Source: Mobula hypostoma (taxonomy: Eukaryota). From it: a DNA stretch of 64,000 nucleotides. Below are positions 13,330 through 25,711 of this stretch, piece after piece. The stretch covers positions 113,648,001 to 113,712,000 of the forward strand of contig NC_086097.1 of NCBI RefSeq assembly GCF_963921235.1. Reading direction: 5' to 3'. Made by a program: the position numbers and the translations under genes. The number at the start of each line of letters is the position of its first letter. Position 1 is the stretch's first letter. The notes under the pieces were generated by a model, which made no database searches, was not told the origin of the DNA, and was given only the letters and a program-made list of their open reading frames with translations.

Positions 13330-13829
13330 CATTCAGTGGCAACTTTATTAGGTACGGGAGCAGAACCCAGAGTGGTCTTCTGCTACGGTAGCCCGTGCAC
13401 TTCAAGCTTTAACATGTTGCGCATTCAAATATGTTCTTCTGCACACCACTGTTACAACACATGGTCACTTGAGTTCCTGTCACCTTCCTGTCAGCTTGAA
13501 CCAGTTCAGACATTTACTTCTGAGCTCTCTCATTAACAAGGTGTACTCAGCCACAGAACTGCCACTCACAGGATGCTTTTTTTTTGTTTTTCACACCATT
13601 CTCTGTAAATGTTAGAGACCATTGTGTGTGAAAATCCCAGGAGATCAGCAGTTTCTGAGATAACTCAAACCACCCTGTCTGGCACCAATAATCATTCCAC
13701 GGTCTAAGTCACTTAGATCACATTTCTTCCCCATTCTGGTGTTTGGTCTGAACAACAGCTGAACCTCTTGACCATGCCTGCATGCTTTTATGCATTGAGT
13801 CGCTGCCACATGATTTGCTGATTAGATAC
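13330..13829 (+). mobile_element. Tc1-like MITE, right end replaced by a Penelope terminus
   Basis: Starts cattcagtggcaactttattaggtac; body matches the other copies. Confidence 0.8.
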
Positions 13830-13830
13830 A

Positions 13831-14022
13831 GTCACAAATAAGAGAAAATCTGCAGATGTTAGAAATCTGAGCAACACATACAAAATGCTGGAGGAACTCA
13901 GCAAGCCAGGCAGTATCAATGGAAATGAATATATTCGATGTTTCGGGCTGAAACCCTTCATCACCTCTGGAGATTTTTCCCTCACTCCTAATGAAAGGTC
14001 TCTGCCCAAACCATTGACTATG
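13831..14022. mobile_element. Penelope-like terminal repeats in inverted arrangement, with degenerate hammerhead motifs
   Basis: agagaaaatctgcagatg...tttcgggctgaaacccttcatc (-) followed by cctaatgaaaggtctctgcccaaacc (+). Confidence 0.75.
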
Positions 14023-14419
14023 CTTGCTTTGAAACATTTTCTTTCAAGAAAGAATTCAGTCTCTACTCACAGTGCCTTTAAATTTAGAACAGGCCAGAAG
14101 GCTTTTCTGTGGGTATTTTGGTTAAATAAGCATTTGCTTGAACAGGTTAATGTGCTAAGTGAACTTGTCTCATAATAATCTTGCAAATAATGAATCACCT
14201 AGCACATTCCACACGTTCATGCAGAAATAAACTCTTTCCACTCTTCTTCTTCATTTCACAGCTTTATACTTTCTAACACATTGCCAGAGATCAACAACCT
14301 GAAAGGTACAAAGCACCATTTGAAATCACATGGCTTGTGCAGTTTTCACACTTGATTCATGAGGTGGAATTAATTATTCTTATGATTCTTTCAACAAAGG
14401 TAAGAAGTGAAGGTTTGGA

Positions 14420-14635
14420 AGGAATATTCACCTATTACTTTCTAGTTTGTACTCTTTCCCCTCCTCCCCACACCTTCTTAATCTGGCTTCTTCCCCCTTT
14501 CTTTCCAGTTCTGATGAAGGGCCAAAAATGTCGACTCTTTATTCCTCTCCATAGATGCTGCCTGACCTGCTGGTCGTTCCCTCAGTGTGTGTTCCTTTGG
14601 ATTCCGGCATCTGTGGATTCTCTTGTGTTCATGTT
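14420..14635 (+). mobile_element. Penelope-like 3' terminal fragment
   Basis: ctgatgaagggcc..aaatgtcgact...catagatgctgcctgacctgctg. Confidence 0.7.
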
Positions 14636-14857
14636 TTGCAGTAATTTATAGATTTGTGTTTGATGACCCAGTAAATCTAAACACTTTGTCTATTATTTTT
14701 GAAGATTTCAATGACAGAAGATAAATCTGATTATGTTAAAAATTGCTATGAAATGCTTCTGGCAGAGCTCTCTACAAAGTGTCACGAAGTGATTGTTGTG
14801 AGTCTTTTATTTAAATTTGCAATGTAGACTGGGAAAGCATCCACTGGTCTTTGAGGT

Positions 14858-15105
14858 AGCATGACAGCATAATCATCATTGCAACACTACCACTGTACTG
14901 TACCTGCAACCCAGGTTCATACCTGATGCTGTCTGAAAGGAGCTTGTACGTTCACTCCATGACCATGTGGATTTCCTCCAGGTGTTCTGGTTTCCTCCCA
15001 CACTCCAAAGATAGATGGGTTAGTAGTTAATTGTCACTTTGATGTAACTGGGCGTGGTGGGCTCATTGTGCCAGAAGGTCCTGTTACTGTGCTGCATCTC
15101 TAATT
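14858..15105 (+). mobile_element. V-SINE
   Basis: V core ggatttcctccaggtgttctggtttcctcccacactccaaaga. Confidence 0.65.
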
Positions 15106-15684
15106 AAAGGAATGACAGAATGCTAACATAATAAAGGTACATTTGAGGAAGATACAAGTCAAGAAAGCAAGGTGAGAAGCTGCTTTAACCCAAGTTGTCC
15201 TGCTTTATGCCTTTATGCCGAGTTATAGATCAGCCCTTAGAATGAAGTCAGAACTCTAAGTATTTCCACACCACAGAGACTGGATGGTATTTGTAAGCAG
15301 GTAAATTTGACACTAGTGGTGAACTGCTGGCCACGAACTCCAGACATTTTTCTGTGAATTATTTTAGCACTATAGCAATAGTACTGCTTACACTCACTTG
15401 ACCTAATATTTTGCATTCCTCATGGTGACTTGCATTTTTCCAAACCTTTTCATTGAATTGTTTCAAGACACTGTGTAACAAACTGACAATTTTAACAATG
15501 TATTTCTAATTTATATGGCCACAAAATTAGGGCCATGTTGGTGCTGGTTGTGAAAATGGCTGATTTGCCTGGACCTCCTGCCCGATGTCAGCACTGAGAA
15601 GACGGCATGGCCCACACTGCAATGGTCCCTGATGATGGATTCCACTTTCTTGAGTCATTACCACTTGTAGTTGTTCTCGATGGG

Positions 15685-15990
15685 CGCCACAGTCATGCAG
15701 CGGTTAGCACAACGCTTTGCAGTGGCAGCTGTAAGATCGGAGTCTGATTTCCGCTGCTGACTGTGCATTCTTCCTGTGACTGCATGGGTTTCTTCCAGGT
15801 GGTCTGGTTTCCTCCCATGTTCCAAAGATATATAGTTAAGGTTATTGAGTTGTGGGCATGCTATGTTCGCACCAGAGACACAATGACACATGTGGACTGC
15901 TCAGCAGAGTCCTCGCTGATCTGATCTGACATAAGTGACACAGTTCACTGTATGCTTCGAGGTACATGTGACAAATAAAGCTAATCTTCA
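15685..15990 (+). mobile_element. V-SINE
   Basis: tRNA-like head gcggttagcacaacgcttt, V core, tail catgtgacaaataaagctaatct. Confidence 0.75.
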
Positions 15991-16141
15991 ATCTGCTTGT
16001 CTCTGATTGCGCTCTGGAGAAAGGAACAGGGAATCTGGTCAGTAGCGTGAGTGGATGCAGAGCAAGGCCTCACCTTTTAAAAGGGCGCTGTCGCCATTGG
16101 AAGTTATGAGGGTATTTACAGAGAGTGTGAGATTTTCTATG

Positions 16142-16565
16142 CTTACTTGCTGCCCTTTATGTCACTGGCATTTAGGGCAGCAATGAAGGGAAAGTCCTCC
16201 TTCTCTGGCAGTGTTCAGGGCTTCCGTCATTATGTCAGTAGCTTTCTCGTGATTTTCACTTCTATCAGTCATGCAAGTGGAGGTTCAGGAGTAAAGTCAC
16301 ACTCAGACGTAGAAGGATTGCTGTTTCTGTGACAATTTTGTTTTACCAGTCAGAGTTGATATTCCAGACCTGAACCCCTGATTCTGGAGGACCGGGGGTG
16401 GGGGGGAGTCACTGTTAGTCTAGCATCTACCCTTTGACCTGTTTAGCATGGGTGACCCTACCAAGAGCAAAAACATAAAACCCTGACTCCAGTCAACGCA
16501 GCTCTGGGCCACTGAGGCACACAAGCCTCCAAACCCAATGACAAGGCTGTGGTCCTCTTCGAGGT
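16142..16565 (-). mobile_element. Bipartite non-autonomous RTE element (RTE 5'UTR joined to RTE 3' end)
   Basis: Homologous to 63650-63985; 5' motif accacagccttgtc..gggtttggaggcttgtgtgcctcagtg; 3' end encodes ...FIAALNAS. Confidence 0.7.
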
Positions 16566-16694
16566 GAGAACTTCTAAAGTGTAAGTTAAAGCATATGTTC
16601 ATCATTAGCTAACTTCTTGGGATTGTATAAGGGCAATGTGTTCCATGAGATTGATGGAATGAAGTTATGGCATTTCGTATTACTTTCCTTTCAA

Positions 16695-18020
16695 AACTTG
16701 CTGTCAACCTCCAAGAGCTGGGCCTCTGTGCCTTTCTCTACAATTGGATTCTGAACTTCCTTGTGGAAAGGTCATAATCAGTGTGAATCAGAAACATCAT
16801 CTTCTCCTCATTTGTCAGCAAGAGAATAGCTTTATTTTTCACATATACAGAGAGAAGCATCAAAACATACAGTGAAATGCATTGTTTGTGTTAAAGACCA
16901 ACAAACTCGGGATGTGCTGGGGGTATGCTGCAATTGTCATCAGTATTCCTGTGCCAACATAGCATGCCCACAGCTTACCTTCTCCAAACTGTACCTTGTA
17001 CTGGAATGTGTGAGGAAACTGGAGCACCCAGAGGAAACCCACAGGTCATGGGGAGAACGTACAAACTCCTTACGGACAGTGGCAGGATCTGAACTGAGCC
17101 CCAATTTTACACCTGGCACTGTGAAGAGTTGCGCTTATTGCTACGCTCCCTCAGGCGTCTGTGGAGGTTCGGCACATCATCGAAAACTATGGCAAACTTC
17201 TATAGGTGTGCTGACTGGCTGCATTATAGCCTGGTATGGGAACACCATTGTCTTTCAGTGGAAAATCCTACAAAAGGTACTGGATTTGGCCCAGTACGTC
17301 GCAGGTAAAACCCTCCCAACCATTGAACACATCTACATGAAACGTTGCCATAGAAAAGCAGCATCCATCATCAAAGATCCAAAGATCCTCAACACCCAGG
17401 CCATGCTCTCTTCTCACTGCTGCCATCAGGTAGAAGGTACAGGTGCCCTGGGATTCACACCAGCAGGTGCAAGAACAGTTACTACCCCTCAACCATCAGG
17501 CTCTTGAACAAAAGTGGGTAGTACATTCATTTAAGGACTCTGTTATATTGTTATTTCATGGTTGTTATTTATTGCTAATTAGTTATATCTGCATTTGCAC
17601 AGTTTACAATTAACAGTTCCAGATGTTTACAGTTTATAGTCACTGGTCTATAGACTTGCTAAGTATGCCCATAGAAAGAGAATCTCAGGGTTGTATGTGG
17701 TGACATGTATGTACTCTGATAATAACGTTTACTTTGTACTTTGCCTGTGTACCTCAGGGCTGCTTGATTAGCCCCCTGCTCTGCTCTCTCTCGCTATACC
17801 TACAACTGTGCGGCTAAGCATAGCTCCAATACCATGTACAAATTCACCACTGTGTTGGCAGGATCACAGATGGTGATGAGGCAGCATGCAGATATGAGAC
17901 AGGCCAGCTGATTGAATGGTGTAACACATCCTTATGCTTAGCATCAGCAAGGCCAAGGAGTTGATTGTGGACTTTAGGAAGGGGAAGTCAGGTGAACATG
18001 TACGAGTCCTCATTGAAGGT
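16695..18020 (+). mobile_element. Rex1/Babar RT fragment interrupted by a V-SINE and a second Rex 3' fragment (17145-17742)
   Basis: LQELGL..LYNWILNFL at ~16710, resuming as PQGC..SPLL at ~17750; inner piece TGCIIAWYGN...KAASIIKDP plus tail. Confidence 0.75.
16825..17146 (-). mobile_element. V-SINE
   Basis: ggaaactggagcacccagaggaaacccac (reverse complement of V core); same tail as 15685-15990. Confidence 0.75.
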
Positions 18021-18430
18021 GTAGCGGTTACTTGAAAATAAACCAAAACCACTGAGGAGCTAGATATGGGAGATAACACCCTGTGATGTGCTTCAAAATA
18101 ACTCCATTCCGAGTTGAAGAAAGTATGCTCAATCCTTTATTACGAAACCAGCAAAGAGGAATAATCTTATATAGTGATAAAAAAACTAACCAAACTAAAC
18201 TAGTGGTATAAAGAAGTTCATAAATAAATGAAATTAAGTGAAATAAGCGTAACTAAGTGTAATTAGCATTCCAATTAGCGAAGTTAGTTGTCAACAAAAT
18301 AAATGTCAATCCCCGGTTGCATCTAACTCTCAACTAGACTAAGACAGAGCGTGAATGTGTAACTATACTCATTTGCTTCTACCACGCCCCAACCCATGTG
18401 AGAAATCACCCATAATAAACATGCAACGCA
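18020..18430. repeat. Possible solo LTR
   Basis: Begins tgtagc abruptly within the Rex fragment, LTR-like length, ends ...gcaacgca; no TSD confirmed. Confidence 0.3.
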
Positions 18431-18489
18431 AAATACCATACTGACAGACAGAAAACAGATGCATAGCAAAAGAGAGCATTAAAAAGTGA

Positions 18490-18590
18490 GGCAACACACA
18501 TCAAAGTTGCTGGTGAACGCAGCAGGCCAAGCAGCATCTATAGGAAGAGGCGCAGTCGACGTTTCAGGCCGAGACCCTTCGTCAGGACTG
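18490..18590 (-). mobile_element. Penelope-like terminal fragment
   Basis: gcaacacacatcaaagttgctggtgaacgcagcaggccaagcagcatctatagg... Confidence 0.8.
18553..18590 (-). ncRNA. Minimal type-I hammerhead ribozyme motif (Penelope pLTR)
   Basis: Minus strand reads cagtc-CTGACGA-agg gtctcgg cct-GAAAC-GTC-gactg: stem I cagtc/gactg, intact CUGANGA and GAAA boxes, stem II, GUC cleavage triplet. Confidence 0.8.
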
Positions 18591-18594
18591 TTAA

Positions 18595-18785
18595 AAAGTG
18601 AGGTATTGTTTGTGGGTTCACGGACCATTCCAGAATCTGATAGCGGAGGAGAACAAGCTGTTCCTGTGTGCCTTCAGGCTCCTGTACCTCCTCCCTGACG
18701 GTAGTAATGAGGAGAAGGCAGGACCTGGGTGGTGGAGGTCCTCAATGATGGATACAGCATTTTTGAGCCATCACCTTTGAAGCAC
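18595..18785 (-). mobile_element. Rex1/Babar 3' fragment
   Basis: Homologous to 5150-5280. Confidence 0.65.
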
Positions 18786-19999
18786 TTAGCTTGAGTGAGT
18801 GTCTTACTTTAAAAGTCGGGGATGTGGAGTGGAGCTGTAGTTAATACATATACACAAGAGATTCGGCAGATGCTGGAAATCTAGAGCAGCACACATAAAA
18901 TGCTGAAGAAGCTCACCAAGTCAAGCAGCTATGGAGGGAATAAATAGAAAGATGATGGATGCCAATGGGAGTATATAATACTGGGGGATTGGCTCCAGAA
19001 GCCATGAGCACAACAAGTCATCATTGCTTTGTTGAGGAGTGCAGAAGGTGTGCTGAGCATCTGCATTGTTATCCAATACAGTGTGAGTCCCTCAGTTTGC
19101 CAGTCCCCTTTACAGATTGCCTATGTGCATGTTCTGAAACTAACACATGTGCTTTAAGGAGAATTTAGTTACAACCACCTTAACTGTGAAATGTGAGGTG
19201 TGGCTGACAGCTTAAATTTGCATTCTTGATCTGGTCTCTGAAAGTGTAACCGGAAGTTTCTGGGGATGGGGTATTATCCTCCTATAGTTACAAGCACTCA
19301 GAAACACAAACAACTTAGAATGCATAGTCACAGCGGAGGATAGTTGTGTCATAAACCGGCTAGAAATCCTTCAGGCAAGAAATCAAAGTAATCCCTTTTG
19401 AAGAATTTGTGGAATATGAGATAGCACGTTGTGAGAAATCTGATGCCAGTCAGATTCCTTACAACATATTGTGTGTGACGCAGTGTGGTTTTGCACAGCT
19501 GAGCAAAGCAATTCCAGAGCAAGGGCTTTGGTGAGGGAGGTGACTGGAAAAAAGTGGGTATTTCTACCTTTCTTTGGGCACCTTTAATTCTTCAATTAAG
19601 TAAAAGTAATATCTTCAGATTGTGCTTACAGTGGAATTTATCCCCCTGTTTAATTAGTTACTCCTTTAATTTTGAGTACTGAGGTAATTCAGGGATCAAC
19701 TGGCAGGAGTACTTGATCGTCTCATATGGAGGATGGATTCACTAGGAAGCATCCGCTGAGGACGTCATGAATGTTTAGTGTGCTGGTCAGCCTGAAACTA
19801 CGTGCTGCACAGGTAGGGAAGTGAAAGCAGAGGTGCAAGAAGACAGGTTCACAAGACCCCTGTCGCCATTCCCCTCTCAAACATACGTCCTATGTTGGGT
19901 ATTGTTAGAGAGGCGACGGCTTCCTAGGGGAAAGCAGCTAAGGACACATTTCTGACTCTATCCCTTGCCCAGCTGCACAGGCCCGTACTCACTGGTGGG

Positions 20000-20278
20000 G
20001 GATCTTATTGATACCTATCAAATATTGAAAGGCCCAGACAGAGTGGACATGGAGAGAATGTTTCCTATAGTGGGGGAGTCTATAATCAGGGGCACAGCCT
20101 AAGAATAGAAGGATGTCCCTTTAGAACAGAGATGAGGAGGAATTTCTTTAGCCAGAGAGTGACTCTGTGGAATTCATTGCCACAGGGATTTGTGGAGGCC
20201 AAGTAATCAAAGCGGAGGTACATAGGTTCTTGATTAGTACGGGTGTCAAAAGTTAGAGAGAAAAGGCAGGAGATTACA
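20000..20278 (+). mobile_element. CR1 3' fragment (preceded by a degenerate ORF1-like piece ~19800-19990)
   Basis: gatgaggaggaatttctttagccagag...gtggaattcattgccacagg. Confidence 0.75.
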
Positions 20279-20279
20279 A

Positions 20280-22135
20280 TGTCTAAACAGAATCCTGCCT
20301 GTCTGGACAATTTGTCTTACCATTATGGCAGTAACTCACGTACACCAGACCAATATAGGTTTAAATGCAAACAAAGCAGGACACATACGAAGAGCATGTC
20401 AGTCAGACAAAAATAAATAGTCTGCACAGGGAAGAGATATAGACAAAAAGTCAAGTTCCTGTTGATGAAGAATTTGATAATGATGAGAATTACACAGGAC
20501 TGGGTAGCCTTGAGATTTACAATGGGAAAAATATCAGGAGACAGGCAATATGGTTCACACTACAAGTCAACGGCAAATTAATTAAAATGGAATTGGACAC
20601 CGGCTCGGCTGTTCAGTCATACAAAAAAACGAGCCTGAATGATATTTCAAGTATTCTGAATTGAAGCCTACAGATATCCAAGTAAGAAATTATACTGGAG
20701 AAAAAGTAACTCCTGTGGGAAGGATATTCGCAGCAATAAAATACAGCAACCAAAAAGCCACATTAGGCTTGTATATGGTAAAAACAGGAGGGCCAGCATT
20801 GTGGGGTGTGGTTGGCTGAGACAACTACAGTTTGATTGGCGATCTATCCACCATTGGCATGCCACGTCCCCCGAAACAGAGCCAACTGGAAGTGAATTAA
20901 GAAAGATACTATCTGATGTCACAGCATGTTTAAGGATGGCATTGGAAAATATAAATGTATGAAGGATAAAATAGTGTTAAATGAAAATGCCTCATCCAAA
21001 GCCCTTTTGGTTCCTTATACCGTCTGTGATAAAGTAGCCAGTGAGTTATATCACATGGAGACTGATGGAATTCTTTCTTTCCAGGTTGAGTGAAACTCAT
21101 GTGGTCCCATTAGCCAAGGAAGATGGGTCTGTCAGAATCTGTGATGATTTTAAGGTCACCATCAACCCAGTACTGAAAGTAGATCAATACCCTTTGCCCA
21201 GGATAGAGGATATCTTGGCAAAACTTCTGGAAGAAACCACTTCAGCAAAGTGGCCTTAGCTTTGTTTGATGGCCTGGGATAGATCAGTAGATCAGGCAAT
21301 TTACCATGCACTGTTCAGTATGCCAACATAAACAGAAGGTGCCAAGAACAACACCTCTCCATCGCTGCCAATGGCCCGCATTGCCCTGGCAGAGGATTCA
21401 TATCGATTTTGCCACATTATTCATCGGTGTAAATTTCTTGGTAGTCATGCATGCAGCTACAAAGTAGCCAGAGGTGTTCCCGATGGCTGCCACCGTAACC
21501 TAGCACACCGTTGACATGTTGCAAAGCCTCTTCTCGAGGACTGGCTTTCCAGAATACTTAGTCAGTGATAATGGACCACAGTTTGTTGTGGAATAAGACA
21601 TGTTACATCTGCACCATACCACCCTTTGGCTTGGTGAAAAAGTTTGCCCAGAGTCTGAAGCATGCACTGCAAGCAATGTCAGTAGAACACACAACACTGA
21701 CACTGAACCAGAAGCTCGCCAATTTCCTCCTTGTATATCACAATGCAGCACACTCCACAACCAACAACTCACAAACTAAGCTTTCCTGGGTCATTCCTTG
21801 TGCACATGGTAGGATCTCCTCAAACCCAATCAGCTCAGACAAGGAGGTTCGGTGTTTCACTCCTGGATAAGCAGTGTTGCTGAGGGACTACAGAAGTGAT
21901 CAAAAGTGGGCGCTTGGAAAGATTAAGATCTGAACTGGACCTCTTTCCTACACAGTGGAGATTGCATCTGACATCATGAGGAGCCAACACTTTGATCAGT
22001 TGAGGAGAGCAGAGTCAATTGTTTTGGAAGAAAGCTGTCAGAACCATTTCCTGCAGTCCAACCGTCAACTCCTGCAACCACCATGAAGGAGATCCCAGAA
22101 CCTGAGATTGTTCCATAAGCACAAGTCTCACCTGT
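20280..22135 (+). mobile_element. Decayed Gypsy (Ty3/Gypsy) gag-pol relic with internal deletion
   Basis: Zn-knuckle remnant, protease KMELDTGSAV (~20585), RT start VVPLAKEDGSVRICDDFKVTINPVLKVDQYPLPRIEDI, integrase PWQRIHIDFA and VSDNGPQF; RT core and RNase H missing; no LTR identified. Confidence 0.88.
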
Positions 22136-22289
22136 TTTTACTGTTTATCTGTGCTGTGTTTTACTACATGCATTTGAATTATAGTTTATTAACTCATTCA
22201 TAGATTAATAACTTGGTTTATGTGCTATGTGTGATATATGGTTGGTTCACTTGGTTGTATATACAATAAACTTTCACTCAAACTTGAAC

Positions 22290-22665
22290 CTGAAGGTATA
22301 CAAAATTGAGGTGTAGAGACAGGGCAAACAGATGCAGGCTTTTTCCACCGAAATTGTGAGAGACGAGAAGTAAAGGTTCTGGGTTAGGAGTGATAGGTGA
22401 AATGTTTAAGGGGAACATGAAAGGGAACATTTTCATTCAGAGGGTGGTGAGGGTGTGAAATGAGCTGCCAGAAGAAGTGATGGATGAAAATTCGATTTCA
22501 ACATTGAAGGGGAATTTGGATAGGTACATGTATGGGAGAGGTATGGACGGCTATGGTCCAGCCACAGGTCAATGAGACTCGACAGATTAATAATTTGGCA
22601 CAAACTAGATGGGCTGAAGGGCCTGTTTCTGTGCTGTAGTGTTCTGTGGCTCTATGACTCTATGT
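22290..22665 (+). mobile_element. CR1 3' fragment
   Basis: tttcattcagagggtggtgagggtgtgaaatgagctgccag; ctctatgactctatg tail. Confidence 0.8.
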
Positions 22666-22671
22666 CACGGC

Positions 22672-22828
22672 CACAGCTCACTAACCCTAACCATACAATT
22701 TCGGAATATGGGAGGAACCTGTAACACCTGGAGGAAACCCATGCAGTCACGGGGAGAAAGTATAAGCTCCTTGCAGACAGTGGCAGGAATCGAACCCTGA
22801 TCAGCAATTGCACTAACTGTTACACTAC
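22672..22828 (-). mobile_element. V-SINE fragment
   Basis: ggaggaaacccatgcagtcacggggaga (V core reverse complement). Confidence 0.65.
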
Positions 22829-23007
22829 CTGTGTGTTGCTCAAGATTTCCAGCAACTGCAGAATCTCTTGTATTTTGAATTCATTAACATCCTTCCTTAA
22901 ATAAAAAGATCATAATCCAGATGTGGTCTCAACAATGGGAAGCATGACTTCCCAATGTTTGTACATTATTCCCTTCACAATGAACAATGACTTACAGTTA
23001 GCAATCT

Positions 23008-23700
23008 ACTTACACAAAATGCTGGAAGAACTCAACAGGTCAGGCTGCATCTATGGAAAGGAATAAAGAGTCAATGTTTTGGGCCAAGACTCTTCTTCAG
23101 GACTAGAAAGGAATGGGGGAGGTGTCATAGCAGGAGAGAAGAGGTAAGAGGCCAGAATGGGGAATAGAAGAAGAGAGGTGGGGGAGGGAAACTTTGTTTT
23201 ACTGGAAGGAGAAATCGATATTCATGTCATCCAGTTGGAAGCTACTCAGACAGACAATAAGGTGTTGCTCCTCCACTCTGAAGTGGCCTCATCATGGCAC
23301 AAGAGGAGGCCATGGACCGACATGTTGGAAGGGGAACGGGACCATTAAATCATCAAATGCCTGTTATCCCACCAGCGTTTAGGGCAGCAGATGGGAATGG
23401 GAATCAGGATTAACATGTTGGACCATCTGGAAATTTCACTTTTTGGTGAATGGAGCAGAGGTGCTTGATGAAGCACCCCCTCCCCCACCGCCAGTTTATG
23501 ACGGGTTTCACCATTGTAGTGGAGGTCACATCAGGAGCACTGGACAAAACTGATGACCCCAGCAGATTTGCAGGTGAAGTGTTGCCTCACCTGGAAGGAC
23601 TGTTTAGGGCCCTGAATGGAGCTGAGGGAGGAAGTGAATGGCCAGACGCAGCATTTTGGCCACTTGCAGGGACAAGTGCCAGGAGGGACAAACAGACAAG
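23008..23700 (-). mobile_element. Penelope-like element 3' part (GIY-YIG endonuclease remnant plus pLTR)
   Basis: GTCPCKWPKC..IQGPKQSFQVRQHFTCKSAGVIS..CS..Y.GET; degenerate hammerhead at ~23068-23105. Confidence 0.85.
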
Positions 23701-24107
23701 ACTTGTGTAGCCTATTGCGACAAGATAGTACTGTGCACGTATAAGTACTGCAATGGGTGATAGAATTTCTAGGCCACAGCTTTTGACATTTCCACCTTAT
23801 CTTCCCAGGAGATATTCTTTTAATTGACAGCGTGGTCTTTACGATCACACAGAATATGTCTATTCATCACTGCAGTAAACAATTCAGCAATTAGTAGGAG
23901 CAAACTCTCATGTGTGACTCAAGTCACTGCGATTAACAAAGCAGAGTCAGTGCACATTCTCTTTTAATGCTCTGGAATGCAGGTTTTATTCCTAACCCAT
24001 TGCATTTTGCTGATGTCTACATATGATTTTGTTTCTTCTTGAAAGGAAAAGCTATTATCTGCACATCCTTCGTGAGAAATTTGTGGGATAAACATGACTC
24101 TGTTCTT

Positions 24108-24327
24108 TGTGATGTTTGTTCTTGATAAAAGAAAAACTTAGTGTCAGTAAAACTAAGACATATTTATTAACAGAAATGGCTCTAACTCCACATGAGCGCA
24201 TGCGACCAGCTCCTGACTTCAGAATGACATGAGTGCATGCAAGGAGCTCTTCAATGTTCCGGGGTGAACCACCCACACTGCATACTGGGAACCACATTTC
24301 TTTATTATGTACACACATAAGAACACA
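24108..24327 (-). repeat. 3' LTR of the Gypsy element
   Basis: TG...CA termini, follows the PPT, aataaa inside, alignable to 29001-29202. Confidence 0.8.
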
Positions 24328-25711
24328 TCCTCCCTCTTTAAGGAAAAAATAAACACTATCCTCATAAACTGGGACGTGATCTCCTCCCATACTGGCCATT
24401 TAAAATGCTCGCTCTTGATGGCTTTATTGAGACCTCTTGGGTATAGACAGATCTGTAGAGCTCCATTTTTCTTTTGCACAATGACCAGTGAGCTCACCTA
24501 GTCTGTTGGTTCTTCAATTTTCTGTATGACATTTATCCATTCCATGCATGCTAGTTCTTGCTTCACTTTGTCTCTAAGTGCAAATGGAACTTTCCTGCAT
24601 GAATGGACAACAGGAGCTATTGCCTCATCTACATGAATTTTGTGTACACCAGGTAAGCACCTGAGCCCCCAGTGACATCTGCGTACTGTTCTATGAGTGA
24701 TGTGTGGTCATCTTTGGTCTGTGAAGCCACTATGAAAACTCTTTTCACCAGGTTGAGCTTTTCACACGCACTCAGACCTAATATTGTCTGTACTCTCTTT
24801 ATTACAATAAGTAGTTCTGCCTTCAGATGCTCCCCCTTGTGCTTGAAAGTCACCATACAGCCCTGTTTAACTGAAATGTTTTCTTTGGTATAGCCTGTCA
24901 CTTTTAACTTAACTGGGTAAATCTTACTCTGTATTTTAAGAGTATTGTAATCATCTACAGTTAACAGATTCACTTGGGCTTTGGTACCAAGCTTGAGTGG
25001 AATTACTGTCTCATTCACAGTCACTGGAGCAATAAATTCTGTTTTACAAGCGCCAGCAGTCTGTGGAGAATCTACAAAGACTTCCTCCATTTCCTCAGCA
25101 ACCACGTGGATCTTTCTCTTGGTAGCCCCCATTTTACAACACTTTGCAAATGTTTCATCTTTCCACAATTATTCATAAGTAGGACAAATCTTTGGGATGT
25201 GCCTCCCTCCACATTTGCTGTATTTACTGTTTGAGCCTACCTGTTTGCTTTGCTGTTTCTCGCTTTTGGAAATGTCTACTTTCACAGCATGTACCGTTGT
25301 TTCTGTCCTGTGCAGTTCCTTAGCTTGTGTCTGTGTGGTCTCCGCTGCCCTGCAGGTATCCACGGGCCTTTTCTAGTGTTAAATCTTTTTCACAGTGCAA
25401 ATTTTCTCGGAGACCATTATTTGGGATTCCACAGGTTAATTTGTCTCTAACTAGTGAGTCTCTCAAATCTCCAAATTCACAGGACTAACTCAGGATGTGA
25501 AGTTCATGAAGTATTGGTCAAAGCTAACACCCTGTTTCTGGTCACAGGAAAAGAACTTGTACCTCTGAAATGTAATGTTTTTACTTGGGATAAAATACTC
25601 ATCATCTTTTGTCATCAGATTCTCCAACCTAAAGGTTGTCTATCAATTTGAAAACTATTGTGGATGTCCAAGGCATCTTCGCCAATTATGTGTAGGAAGA
25701 CAGATGCTTTC

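Noticed and set aside
16872..17507. 211-aa ORF as a novel gene
   Set aside because: Chance read-through of an antisense V-SINE into a frameshifted Rex fragment
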